The notes beneath the pieces are model-generated. The model did no database searches. It worked only from the letters and a program-made list of their open reading frames with translations, and was not told the DNA's origin. Made by a program: the position numbers and the translations under genes. From Macrostomum lignano (taxonomy: Eukaryota), in assembly GCA_002269645.1 (NCBI GenBank), contig NIVC01000393.1, positions 1 to 64,000 of the forward strand: a DNA stretch of 64,000 nucleotides, written 5' to 3'. This document shows, piece after piece, positions 47,950 to 59,410 of the stretch. Every line of letters starts with the position of its first letter. Within the stretch, counting starts at the first letter, position 1.

Positions 47950-50900
47950 CAGACACGCTTCCGTCTGAGTTTTTTGTCCAAGCTGGAGACAAAAATTATT
48001 GAGGCAGTTCAGCAAAGAATTTCAATACATCATTACAAAGTTCAGCTAAAGGCGAATATTCGAATGGTCCGAATAAGAGATGGGGAGATGTTTGCCGAAG
48101 AGGACAGATGGATAAGCTGTAAATCCAGGCCCTAGACCTAGGTGGTGAAGCAGGCCGTTTAAATAACTGGTTGATTGAGCAGGAGCAGGAGTTGGAGAGG
48201 ATCTGTAGTATGATTAATACGAACGGCAGTGGCTGGACAATTAAACAAATTAATTTTCTAGACATCAACTTTGCCAGGTACAATCCAATTCGATTTCACC
48301 AGGGCAGAGCCGTTAGATTCAATCTTACTGCCAGTTTGAAGAACAAAAAGGCTGTTATTAATCCACCGAGCACAGGCAATGACTGTTTCCTGTACGCCTG
48401 TCTTGCTGCACTGCACAGCGCCGATCCGAAAGTTCAGAAATCACCCAACAGAATATCCTTTTACGATGAATGGTTGCGTGAGCTGGACTTTGCAGAAATC
48501 TCCATGCCAGTGAGTGTCGCTGATATCGATCGCGTCGAGTCTAACAAACAATCCAGGAATTTGCATTTCTGCGTTCTCTTGGCAGCAGGGCAGTGTGACT
48601 CTTCTCCGTCGCCGCAAGCATGAGTCAGATGACCGAAGACACCTCATGCTTTTGCTGGTTGAAGACAGCTACGGATCGGAGCACTGGTGTGCAATTACTA
48701 ATTTTGACAGGTTAATGAACAGTCGTAATGGTCCCGCCATGAGGAAGTGGTGCACGAAATGTTTAACATCATTTTATAGCAACGAGGCTTCAAGAGCACA
48801 GGAACGAATGCAGCATTACTGCAGAAAATCCTGTCAAAGAAACGCTTCCAGTTCCAGGACAGAATGAAATAAAGTTCCGAAACTGTCAAAACACTGTCAG
48901 TCCACCATTCGTTGCCTATTCCGACCTGGAAGCCATTTTGCGAGCGAACACGGACCTTGCTAACCTGATCTCGAAGCATGAACCATGTGCAGCAGCTTTT
49001 CTTGCAGTGCCTCGTGAAGGCATGAAAGGATCTCCGCTTAGGCCGGAAGGAGACAAGTACAAGGTCTTTTGCAATGCGGACTCTGATGAGTGTATCCTTG
49101 ATTTTCTCAAATCTCTTGTGAAAGCCTGGCTCAGATATATTTCGCTGGAACCAGAAGCATGGCCACCAGCCGGCTGACCGATCATCCGCGACGGCGCGAC
49201 CGTCATGGATGATTTCAATTCTGCTGAGGTATGTCACTACGGCAAGAACAACTTCAAAAAACTCTACAGATAAACATTTTGACCACGATCATTTAAATGG
49301 AGAGTACAAAGGTGCAGCATGTCAGGAATGCAACCTGCGAGCACAGCTCCGACGCCGGTTTCTGCCCCTGGTTTTTCAAAACTTAGGCGGCTACTGAAAT
49401 ATTTTAAAATATATGTTATTGTTCTTCTTCTGGTCTCTCACTTCTATGGCTCTTGTTCTACTTCAAATATCAATGTGAGAGCCAAATAACTGAGGCGGCG
49501 AATTCAACTGACTTTTCCTGATGATGCAAACACTTGATGGTAACTTACAGACCGTTGTATTTGATGGTCACAATATCGAGATGTTATCTTACAAAATATA
49601 ATGTCTAAGATGGAATTCCAAATAAGAAGCTCGTTTTGTTCGAGTTCCAAGGGGTTTCTAAGTGTTCGGGTCAACCGAAGGTTCCGTCTATTGTGGAACG
49701 TGGGTTGGTTGTTTTTTTAGTTTTAGTGAGTCAATTTATCAGTTTTAGTGTTTGGGTTGAGACCCTAGCTGTGTTAATCAAAAGTAGTTAGAATAGCGAG
49801 AAGGGAGAAGAGAGGCAAAAGAGAGGCGAGGGCGAGGAGGAGCGAGCTTCTTGCTTGGTTAACATGAGCTTTTATAGTACTTTTCAGTCTTGATCGCATT
49901 GGATGGTACATAACTGTTTTTCATTCGTTGAGGTTGGGGTCGTGTCCTCAGCTTTTGCTATTTGGAGCGCATTCATTGGTTAACATACATTCAATCTGGA
50001 TGGGAACTTTCTAGAGCCAAAATGTATCACTTCATTCGCTCTATTTTTTGGGGAAGCGAGGCCCTCCGAGCGAATAAAAGCAGAAAAAGTATAGCAGAGG
50101 GTAAAATTGATATAATGTGCAGAAAAAAAATAACGTAGTGTAGTAAACTTTAGAAGTTGTTGCGGGAAGAAAATAGTGTGCAGTGAATAACGTTAACAAA
50201 ATGTTGAAGTAAAAGGGAACCAATTTAAGCAAGGTAACATAGGTTAAAGTACAACATCAGTCTAAATGGCAAAATAAGGGATAGCGAATAGGGCCTTTAA
50301 TCAGGCGAAGCTTAACTAGCTAAGCAAGGATGGAATAAAACGTAGCAAGGGTTAACCAAAAAAATCGATAAAATAGGTGTACAAAGCAAAACGGGGGTTT
50401 AACGATGCAAGCTTAAAATGAAAACGCGTTGATTTAAAAGGAGGGTAATAAAAATCATTGTGCGGCGAAAGTTGGGGGGGGGGTTTAGCGAGGAACCGCG
50501 CAGCTAGAGGTTAAAATTTTTTATTGGGGGAACGAAAATAGTAAAAATTCCAGGGACAATTGTACAGTCAAAAAGGGTATATAACGCGAAACTTAAAACA
50601 GAGCGGAATTTCCGACGACGACTACAATACAGCAAGAGCGGCATGGGCGGCATTTCAATGCAAAAGTTTGAAGGATTATATGCTTGCCTATCTTGAAATG
50701 GATGTAAGGCAGTTGGCTGACATTTTTGAGACATTCCGACAGGCCAGTCTGAAAGAGGGCGGATTGGATCCGGTACACTATTTTACTACTCCTGGTTTGT
50801 CTTACGACTCAGCTCTAAAGTCGACTGGAGTGGTTCTAGAGCAGCTGACTGATGCTGACATGTATCATCTATTTGAGAAGGGAATACGAGGAGGCATGTC

Positions 50901-52345
50901 TTTCATCAATGTGTATTGGGTCAAAGGTAATAATCCTAGCTTGCCAGATTATGATGATCAGCAAGAGAGTGTAAGTCTCATGCCGATCGATATGAACAAC
51001 CTGTATGGCTTTGCCCTGTCGCTTCCGCTTCCATGCAGGGAATTCCGGTGGGTACCGGAACAGGAAATCCAGTTCTGGGACGCCAATCGGTTTCTGTCAC
51101 TCAATTCAGAAGCCGAGATCGCCTACCTTGTTCAACTCGATCTAGAATACCCAGCTGAGATTCACGATTCGACTGAGGAGTTACCGTTTGCACCTGAAAA
51201 ATCAAAACCACAGGCAGATCAATTCTCGCCGTACATGGCCGAACTATGGAAAGCTGAACAGCGAACTGGCAATGCTGAAGCTAAGTTTCAAGCAACGGAG
51301 AAGCTTCTACTCACCTGTACCGACAAGGATTCTTACGTAGTTCACAGCACCGTTTTAAGATTTTACCTGTAACACGGAATGCGGATCAAGTGCGTCAAAA
51401 AATGATTTCGTTCAAGCAGGAAAAGATTTTCGGGCCGTACATTGCCAGCAACAATGAAAAAAGAGCTTTGGCAACTTTCGAGTTTGCTAAGGATTTTTAC
51501 AAATTGAAAAACAATTCGCTCTTTGGAAAAACTAAGGAAAACGTTCGAAAAAGATGCGATGTTCGAATTTGCACTAACCAGACTCAAGCAGAAACTTGCG
51601 CCTCTCGACCAAACTGTGCCGCATTCTCGATTATCAATGAGTCGTTGAGCATTTTTCAGCTCAAAAAAGATAAAGTCACGCTTGACAAGGCCATTTTTGT
51701 TGGCCAGGCAGTTCTCGACCTCTCTAAGATGGCCATGTACAGCCTACTGTATGACAGACTCCGACCGCTGTTCTGTCATTCAGACGGTTCAAAAGACATG
51801 ATGCTTAGCGGAGGTGATACTGATACTGAGGTGATACTGCTGTCAAGAATCATGATTTAACATCGGAGGTAATCCCGAAGCTTAGAGAGGAAAAAATACT
51901 TGACACATCCAACTATTCTCGAGACCATCCGCATTTCTCTGAAGAGTTAAAAGGAAAGCTGGGCTGCGTTAAAGATGAATCTGCTGGTGGAATTTACCAG
52001 GAGTGGATTCTTTTGCGTCCAAAACTTTATTCGTTTCTCCCTGCCGAGAATTTGAATGCAAAGATCAAGAAAACTTCCAAAGGCGTGAAACAGTCAGTAG
52101 TAAGGCAGCAAATTTCGCATGCGAACTATGTCGACGCGTTCGAGTCCAAGCAAGAGCAGATGGTTGCCATGACAGCGATTGTTTCCAAGAAACACAAAAT
52201 CTTCACGTCGGTCATGGAGAAAAGAAGCCTATGTGTGTGGGAGGATAAGCGAGTGTGGCTAAGCAGTAATCGAAGCCTGCCCTACGGACACTATGCGCTG
52301 ACGCCCGCATCCCACGATCAGCTGAAGCGCATCCGACTGGTCTAG
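47950..52345 (+). pseudogene. Family-B DNA polymerase of Polinton/Maverick-adintovirus type with an EndoVII-like insert; multiple frameshifts and stops, interrupted at 49398 to about 50580
   Basis: GSGW, AVINP..NDCFLYACL, C..CL..F, PFVAYSDLE, DHDHLNGEYKGAACQECNL..LVFQNLGGY, DVRQLADIFETFR, LDPVHYFTTPGLS, GIRGG, DMNNLYG (motif A), KLKNNSLFGKT.EN.RKR (motif B), DTD (motif C), LRPKLYS, KGV, DKR..LPYGH. Confidence 0.92.
49398..50580. other. Non-homologous segment of about 1.2 kb replacing part of the PolB exonuclease region
   Basis: PolB similarity stops right after FQNLGGY and resumes at about NLKQSGISDDDY. No PolB-like peptide was seen in between. Confidence 0.6.
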
Positions 52346-52930
52346 TGCGGGTGTTTAACAGACTGTTCAGTACTTTTTCTTGCTTTTAGAGTTGTTTAAA
52401 TTCCCAAATTATGTTTTAAAATGTAGTGACTTGCATGTAGTAACTTTTACAAATTTGTATGCTTGTCTAATTGCGCTAGATTTAGCTGTCAATTTGTTTT
52501 TGCGGCGTGAAATATTGATATCAATTTAAGTTTACTTTTCATAAAGTTGTGGCAAGTGCGCTCATACAATATTAATTCATTTTTGTTTGCTTTGTGTACT
52601 ACTTGTTTAAAAATGTGTTTTTGGTTTTTATCTATATAAATTGTTCCTGTAAATTCAATCAGCGTTTTAATCATATTTTCTCTATCACTTTTCTATTTCT
52701 CTTCTCTCGGTGCACATCGTTTGTTATAACGATGGTAGGATTGTTTACTTTCGGATTTGATATGCGTTTTGCGATACTTTTGGTGATGGGCTAAATACTC
52801 GTACGTTTTTGAAGTGTTCCATAGCTTTCTGCCTGGGAAAATGAATGTAAAAAATGCAAGTTTATCATTTTATTCAGTTTTCACTAATCATAGAATTATT
52901 TGCGGCAAATTGCTTGACTTGACTTGTATT

Positions 52931-53428
52931 TTATTTAATGGAAAAAACTACATTGAGTAGACGCATGCTATCGGTATGCAACTGATTCAAGGACCGAGCT
53001 CCACTGAGAACAAAGGAGCCGCTGTGAAAAAGCAGACATTTACATAACTTTAAATTGAAAATTAAAGCAGAAAAGGATTCTGGTTCATATTCGGCGTTTG
53101 GGATAATTGATTTCAACATTAATAAGGAAAGTGCGGAATAAACTGGGAGCTGTCCATTAGCAGTAATAGTTTTAATTCGAACACAAATTGTTTGATGAGG
53201 CAGCAGTTAAGCCGGCACTCTCCGATGCAGCATAGCCACGAAGCGACGGGCAGCCCTTTTGGCGTCTGCGTGGGTCTTGGCACCGCAGATGCTCAGTTGC
53301 CCAGTAGGGTAGAGTAGGAGAGTCACTCTGGGACTCCGCATCCGCTTGATGAGCACTCGGGGCCAGACGGGCCGGTAGATCACATGAGCCATGCTGAGAG
53401 CCAGTTCCCGTAGAGGTAGCTGAGCGCC
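52931..53428 (-). pseudogene. Divergent TATA-binding-protein (TBP/TRF)-fold gene, intronless, one in-frame TAA, 5'-truncated
   Basis: Repeat 1: GAQLPLRELALSMAHVIYRPVWPRVLIKRMRSPRVTLLLYPTGQLSICGAKTHADAKRAARRF. TAA at 53209-53207. Same frame continues VRIKTITANGQL.. into repeat 2: NAEYEPESFSALIFNLKLCKCLLFHSGSFVLSGARS. Confidence 0.85.
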
Positions 53429-53438
53429 CCTACCACCA

Positions 53439-55055
53439 TCCGTTCGAGCAAGGCGTCAGATCGCTGTTGCCGTGGCGTCGTCTGGAATTGCGGCAACCAT
53501 TCTTCCCGGAGGAAGGACCGCACATTCCATGTGAGTTCTCTTTAAAATCTTTAAAAAACTGTTTACTAAGAAATTAAAATGTCAAAATAACTTGGATTTT
53601 TTTATTTAAACTTGATTATAACTTGAATGACATCAAATATTTTAGAGGATAAGCCATTGTCTGTATTTTTCTTTGAAGATCATGCTGACATGTACATGCA
53701 GTACTTCTGCAAATTATATTATTGTCTCTGCATATAAATGCTGTTTCAACCTGCCCAGGTTCAAGATTCCCGTCAGCGCGGTGCGTCTCGACAATGCCTT
53801 CTGTTCCATCGGCCGACGGAGCAAGCTGGCTGAGATGCTGCGGGACACGCGGCTCATTGTTTGGGACGAAGCGCCGATGACGCACCGCAAGGACCTGGAG
53901 ATGGTCGAGAGGTCTCTGCGGGATCTGCTGCGCAACGACCGGCCGTTCGGAGGAGCGCTGCTGGTGCTGGCTGGCGACTTTCGCCAGCTGCTGGCTGTGG
54001 TGCCCGGAGGAACGCATGCCAACACCATCGAGGCCTGTTTGACTGGGTCGGAGTTGTGGCCGCACTTCCGAAGGCACCATCTGACAAAAAATCTGCGGTT
54101 GGAGAGCGGTTCTGCTTTCCAGGGCTACGCAGATTTTCTCATGCAGGTGATTGATCTCTTTTGATGCTCCTTCGTATTGTGCCGTGTCAATACATATCGT
54201 ATTTATACATTAACCCATAGGAATCCATAGGATCAGTAAAAATTTACATTATAATGCACTTTCGCATATCACTCTATCTGCTAGGTTGGCAACGGCGAGC
54301 TGCCAGAGGATGAAGAGGGCATGGTTTCCTTGCCTAGCGAGATTCTCATGCCTGATGACACAACTACTGAGCAGCTCATCCAACACGTCTACCCGTTGTT
54401 TGAGCCCAGCCCCGACCGTGACCAGATGTTCGCGGAGCGGAGCATTTTATCACCGCTCAACAAGACGGTAGACGAAGCCAACGCCGCCTGCTTGGCGCTC
54501 TTCCCCGGCGAGAGTCGGGTCTACCTGTCGGTCGACTCGATTCCGAATGACGACACGGCAGCGACCAACTTCCCACCGGAGCTGCTGAACCGGCTGGACA
54601 CCAACGGCCTGCCACATCACCGGCTACAGCTGAAGGTCGGCATGCCGGTCATGATGACCAGGAACTTGGACCCTCCGCTGCTGTGCAACGGGACCCGGCT
54701 GCTGCTGCGCGAACTGCGGGACAACGTCCTGCTCTCAGTGGTTGCCACGGGCGTCTACCGCGGGCGGCAGGTTTTCATCCCGCGGATCCCTCAGGAGCCG
54801 AGTCCAACCGAGCTGCCCTTCACCTTCCGCCGCCTGCAGTTCCCGATCCGGCTGTGCTTCGCCATGACCATCCACCGTAGCCAAGGCCAGACGCTGAGCA
54901 CCTACGCCGTCGACCTAGCGACGGCCTGCTTTCAGCACGGCCAGCTCTACGTGGCTCTGAGTCGTGTGCGGAGTGCCGATGGCGTTCAAGTTCGGGCTCC
55001 AGGCGGACGGACGAGAAACATTGTTCTGCGCCAGCTCATCGGCAAGCAGAACTGA
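53439..55055 (+). CDS. Canonical Helitron PIF1 helicase, 5'-truncated, spliced: exons 53439-53530, 53759-54146, 54285-55055
   Basis: AVASSGIAATILPGGRTAHS|MFKIP, WDEAPM, FGG..LAGDFRQLL.V, FLMQ|VGNGE, LKVGMPVMMTRNL..LCNGTRL, QFPIRLCFAMTIHRSQGQT, HGQLYVALSRV. Both GT-AG introns (53531-53758, 54147-54284) splice in frame. Confidence 0.9.
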
Positions 55056-55134
55056 TTGGGGCAATGACTGAACTGAATTATTACTGAACTAATTTGTATC
55101 GAAAAATCCTAGGCAGGATGACAGAAATTTAGTA

Positions 55135-55300
55135 TGGAGAGTGACAGTATTACAAATTATGAGAGTGATAAATTATGAGTGACAAATTAAGACAGTGACA
55201 AATTATGAAAGTGATATTTATGAGAGTGACAAATTATAATAATAGTGATAAATTATGAGAGCGATAAATTATGAGAGTGATAAATTGTGAGTGATAATTG
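55135..55300. repeat. ~16-bp degenerate repeat GAGAGTGATAAATTAT
   Basis: Direct reading, downstream of the helicase stop. Confidence 0.75.
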
Positions 55301-57144
55301 TGTAACATAAATTCTAGAGTAGTCTCGGAACTGTTCGACTGACAGAATTGCGCTGGTTGAATTACAGATAGCTATTATATTATAGTATAAGGAGAGCTTC
55401 TAAGAAGGCTCAGGCGCTTAGCAATTAAGATAGTTGCCATGCCCATAAGCTATTTACTTTTCAGATTGTTTTTAACGCACAAAGTTCCATTCGAAGTTAT
55501 TTATGTTAAGCATTTTATTTTTCACCCATACTATTAACCCAATTTAAATGTTCAATTTATCCCTACAATGTAGCTAATTGCATTGCTTCAAACAAATGTA
55601 TGCCATACTGTACTCGGGGTGCGCAGGATTCAGAATACAAACGAACCGGTTGATTCATAGGCCATTAGTAACAAGCATAAGTAATGGAAAGACATAAAAT
55701 GCACATGAATTCCAAATTAACATTTACTTAGCTAAATAAAGAGCTGTCCTTGCACTATCCCTTTAATTTGGTCGTTTCCTACGCACCCCCAATGATGTCT
55801 TCTTAAATTAAATTACTTGAATAAAAGAAATCTTAGTTTTGTTACTCAGACTTACAACTATTTGCTTGGAAAAAGCTGTCCTTCATTTAGGAAGAGTTAA
55901 TGGAAAGCCCCGATATTTAAAAAAATCCACAACCTACTTTGACATTTACAGGAAGACTTTTTTCTCTTCCATTTTGTTCTGTAATTATTTAAACTGTTCC
56001 TGTTTCCCTGCTGTGCACTGTGTAATCTAATGTAGTTTTCCTATAATTTATAAATAAAACACCTCATGTTACTCAGGGTGCGCAGGATTCCCTGATGCCT
56101 GATGACACAACTACGGACACACAACTACGGACTCTATGGACATTCTGCCACAAATTTTCTCTCGGCTTTACTCCAACTGTGGCTACACCAAGAACTAAAT
56201 TAATTTTCTACAATTTGAAAAGACATAAATTTGTCGCCTATCTGTATTTCTTACTGTTTTTTAGTTATGCTTTTCTATTACTATGTGTAACTTACTTTCT
56301 ATTTATTTAACACTATAAATTGTTTCCAATTCTAGGCTATGCACACGAATTTATACAATAAACTGTCACAAAAATTATATAATACACTATACATAACATG
56401 CATGTAATAGTGCAACGACCCTAGCTTAAAATATCAATGGTCCTTGGATAAAAATCATGACTTGTTTAGACCTTTCGCCATGCAATTAATGCTAATTAAA
56501 TAATTTACTGATTGTGGAGCTTGACATCGGCAGATTTTTTAAAAACTCTAGAAAAATACTTACCAGGTAATGGTGAACACAATAAAGCAGGTCGCTTTGT
56601 ACTAGATTTTTTTAACCCTTACACGCAGCTCCTGCGCGCTGTGTGGCTGATCGAACTTACTGCGCATACAGAACAGAGCGTACGGCTCGTGCACTACAGA
56701 AACTATAACTAGTGAAACTAATATAAATTATCAAGAGTTGTGAACTAATTTGAGCTAAAGACAAGAGCCAAAAACAGTAAACAGAAAGGATGAAAACTTT
56801 AGTTTTAGCGGAAAGTGAGTCCATTCTGCCGATGCTCGTACTTTAACGCTGCGAATGCCAGCGTTGGAAGCAATCTAACAAAGAAAGTCCCGGGCATCCT
56901 GGACATCGGCTGCAGAAATAAACTGTGCGCCGGGAACTGGCAGAACTGTAGTGTTAGCACTGTGATGAACTTTTATTTATTAGAGAATGCACTTTGCTTA
57001 GTAGCCGTCAACGGCTGAGAATCCTATTGATGTCTATGGACATTTGTACAGTTCAATTCGGTAGCTTAAAGGGTTGCCAAAATATAATTGAAAAGACCAA
57101 GTGTCTGCAGAGTTAAGCTAAAGGCTGAGACTCGATCAATTTTC

Positions 57145-57460
57145 TTACTCGTCCAAAAAAACGAACATGTAGCACATTCTGCACCTTTTCGTAGGTCTGG
57201 GCTGGGTAGGACGACCTGGGATTTTCTCCGGAAAATGCTCTTCAGGGACTGCAACTGTTTGCAGCATGGAAGCCGGTCGCTTCCTGCCATTTCCAGTTCG
57301 TTCTATCAAATCACGGATGCTGGCTTCGAGATATCTGATAAAAGTATTCTGGCCACCACACTTGAAGTACAGAACCCAAGCGTTGCGCACCATTTGAAGG
57401 CACATATGCAAACCCAGCTTGTGGCCCGCTTGTCTGAATTTTTCCTCAGAACCGTTTTGA
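57145..57460 (-). pseudogene. piggyBac-type transposase C-terminal remnant
   Basis: VLRKNSDK(fs)..HKLGLHMCLQMVRNAWVLY..HFPEKIPGRPTQPRPTKRCRMCY (RK..KW..KL..H..NA..LY plus the start of the Cys-rich domain). Confidence 0.65.
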
Positions 57461-57959
57461 CCGCTGGTCAGACTCGTTGAGAGCTATCTCCGAGAAAGCG
57501 CTCTAGCGCCGGTTAACAGCGAAGCAAAGCTCCTGAGCAGGTCTTGGTAGAGCATTGCAGCGCTCAAGCAGAAAGCACGCTCCTGAGCAGGTCTTGGTAG
57601 AGCATTGCTAGTGCTATAGCTCTGGTTTTCCAGCCTACCCTATTGGCAGGAAATCAGTTGGCTGAAGCCATTCTGCTAGTGTCTATTCGCGACACAGGCG
57701 CGAATAAGAGTGAGAGTGAGTGTGCAGTCGCAGCACTCGTGCGCGATTCTAAGAATAGCTGTTAGTTTGTATAGGCCTAGAGTCTATTGCTGCTTCAGGC
57801 GCATAGACCTATTCCTCGCCGCCCATCTGCGCGAGACGTAGCTATTAGGTTAGTAGGAGTTAGGGGTCCTCTGAGAGCTAAACTCAGACACGCTCAAGCG
57901 CGGACAATTGTCAGTGCCAGGACTGCGCCGCTCAGGCCATTTGCTACCATTGAGTCCTG

Positions 57960-59410
57960 TCACTTGGACATTGAAATATCTGAGACTAGTTGTTCTAGCG
58001 TTATTTATTTGCGTGGAGCCCAAACAGGCCCCTTCATTGCGGATCCTACGGTTCCCACGCTGGTGGCAGCACTACCCTTAATTTTAGATTTCTCCCAGTC
58101 TCAACCCCCACAAGCGTGCTTGCTAAGGTTGCCTCGGCCAATAGCAGTCCGCCTCACCCTAGTAGCCAGATACCACGACACTTCACTGGTGATAGCGGTG
58201 GGATACCAAGATCTTCAAGCCCAGATCCGAGCAACCCCAGTTTCTTAAAGCACTTCACTGGTGGCAGCGGTGGGATATCAAAACCTGCCGAACCACCCCA
58301 GCAACAATCGAGGAACAACACCTAGCCCAAGCGACCAAAAGCTAAAGCACGTCAATATTGTTAAAGTTTTTAGACGAGATGCTGATGAACAAGAAAAGCT
58401 CCGCAGGCAGCAAGCTGAAGCAGCTGCTCAAAGTCAAGCTCAAGGTGAGGCTGCTCAAAGTCAAAATGTAGGTGAGGCACAAAGCTCTGAGCATGGCTTT
58501 GAAGAAATAATTAAGAAAGGTGTGCGATCCATGCGGTCAGCGCTTAGTCAACTTACTAAGAAAGCTTACCAAGACAAAACTGGTGACTCAGGTAGCATTC
58601 CTTGGGGCCAAATTATTTTTGACAGCGAGAATGCTTCAGCAGAAAAAAAGACCCTGGAAACCCAACATGCTTCCGCCACACAAGCTAAACCGGAACCAAT
58701 GTGTTACGATGTTCGAATCCATTATCCAGAATGAAGGTAAGCTTGTTTTCCGTACTCATGCTGAATCTGAAGCCACTAATCAGCCTTTGGGTGCATCATC
58801 AAATGGCATGGAAACAGCTGAAGTACACGCTAATGAAGATGAGCTTCTAGATGAGTTTCTAGAAGACAACAGTTTTTCGGCAGACCTAGACGAACTAAGT
58901 GAGGAAAGTGAGCAGATTTAACAAGGACAGAATAATGAAATTGTTGGTCCTAAAGTTTCTGAAAGCTCATCTGAAGCTTCAACAATTCCTAAGAATTCCA
59001 TTCAAGGCCAGCATGCTGCAGATGTAAGTGCCAATCCCAGTGTTCCAGTTTCAGGAAATTCAAATTCCGGCGTCGCAAGTGGTCCAATGTTGACACTTCT
59101 CAAAAAAGTTTCTGCAAAAAAATTCAGTAAGATTTGATACAGCGGGCTATTCAGCTGGCTGGATTAGATTTCACAGCCAACACATTTGCTAGTCAATTTT
59201 TGCTACAGGAAGCTCAACCCAATGCGTATCTTCCAGAGCGTCAAGCTCAAGGTTATGCAGTTGGAGCTGCTCATCAACAAAATACTGCAGTTCCTACAAT
59301 TAAATTGGTGCCAGGAAACCAGTACAATTCTGCACATCCACCAGCAATGAGCGTGCAGGGTGTCAACATGGAGAGAGCGAAAAAAGAGGAGAAAAAGAGA
59401 AAAAGCCCAG
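57960..59410 (+). pseudogene. Long decayed low-complexity coding region of unknown family
   Basis: Consecutive overlapping plus-strand ORFs (58116, 58261, 58520, 59134) with protein-like Q/E/S-rich text separated by frameshifts and stops; possible donor ccag|gt at about 59409. Confidence 0.35.

Noticed and set aside
52489-52674. Small minus-strand ORF between PolB and TBP-like as an accessory gene
   Set aside because: 61 aa, AT-rich, no recognisable motif, upstream frame broken.
52931-53428. Assigning the host gene symbol TBP
   Set aside because: Too divergent from the highly conserved eukaryotic TBP core, truncated and stop-interrupted.
56670-56713. 3' end (hairpin plus CTAG) for the spliced Helitron
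   Set aside because: Only a 4-bp stem and too far from the CTAG.
57066-57078. TTAA-AGGG as the piggyBac terminus
   Set aside because: Wrong orientation for a piggyBac end (expected CCC..GGG inside TTAA); a Kolobok-like end is possible but no partner was found.
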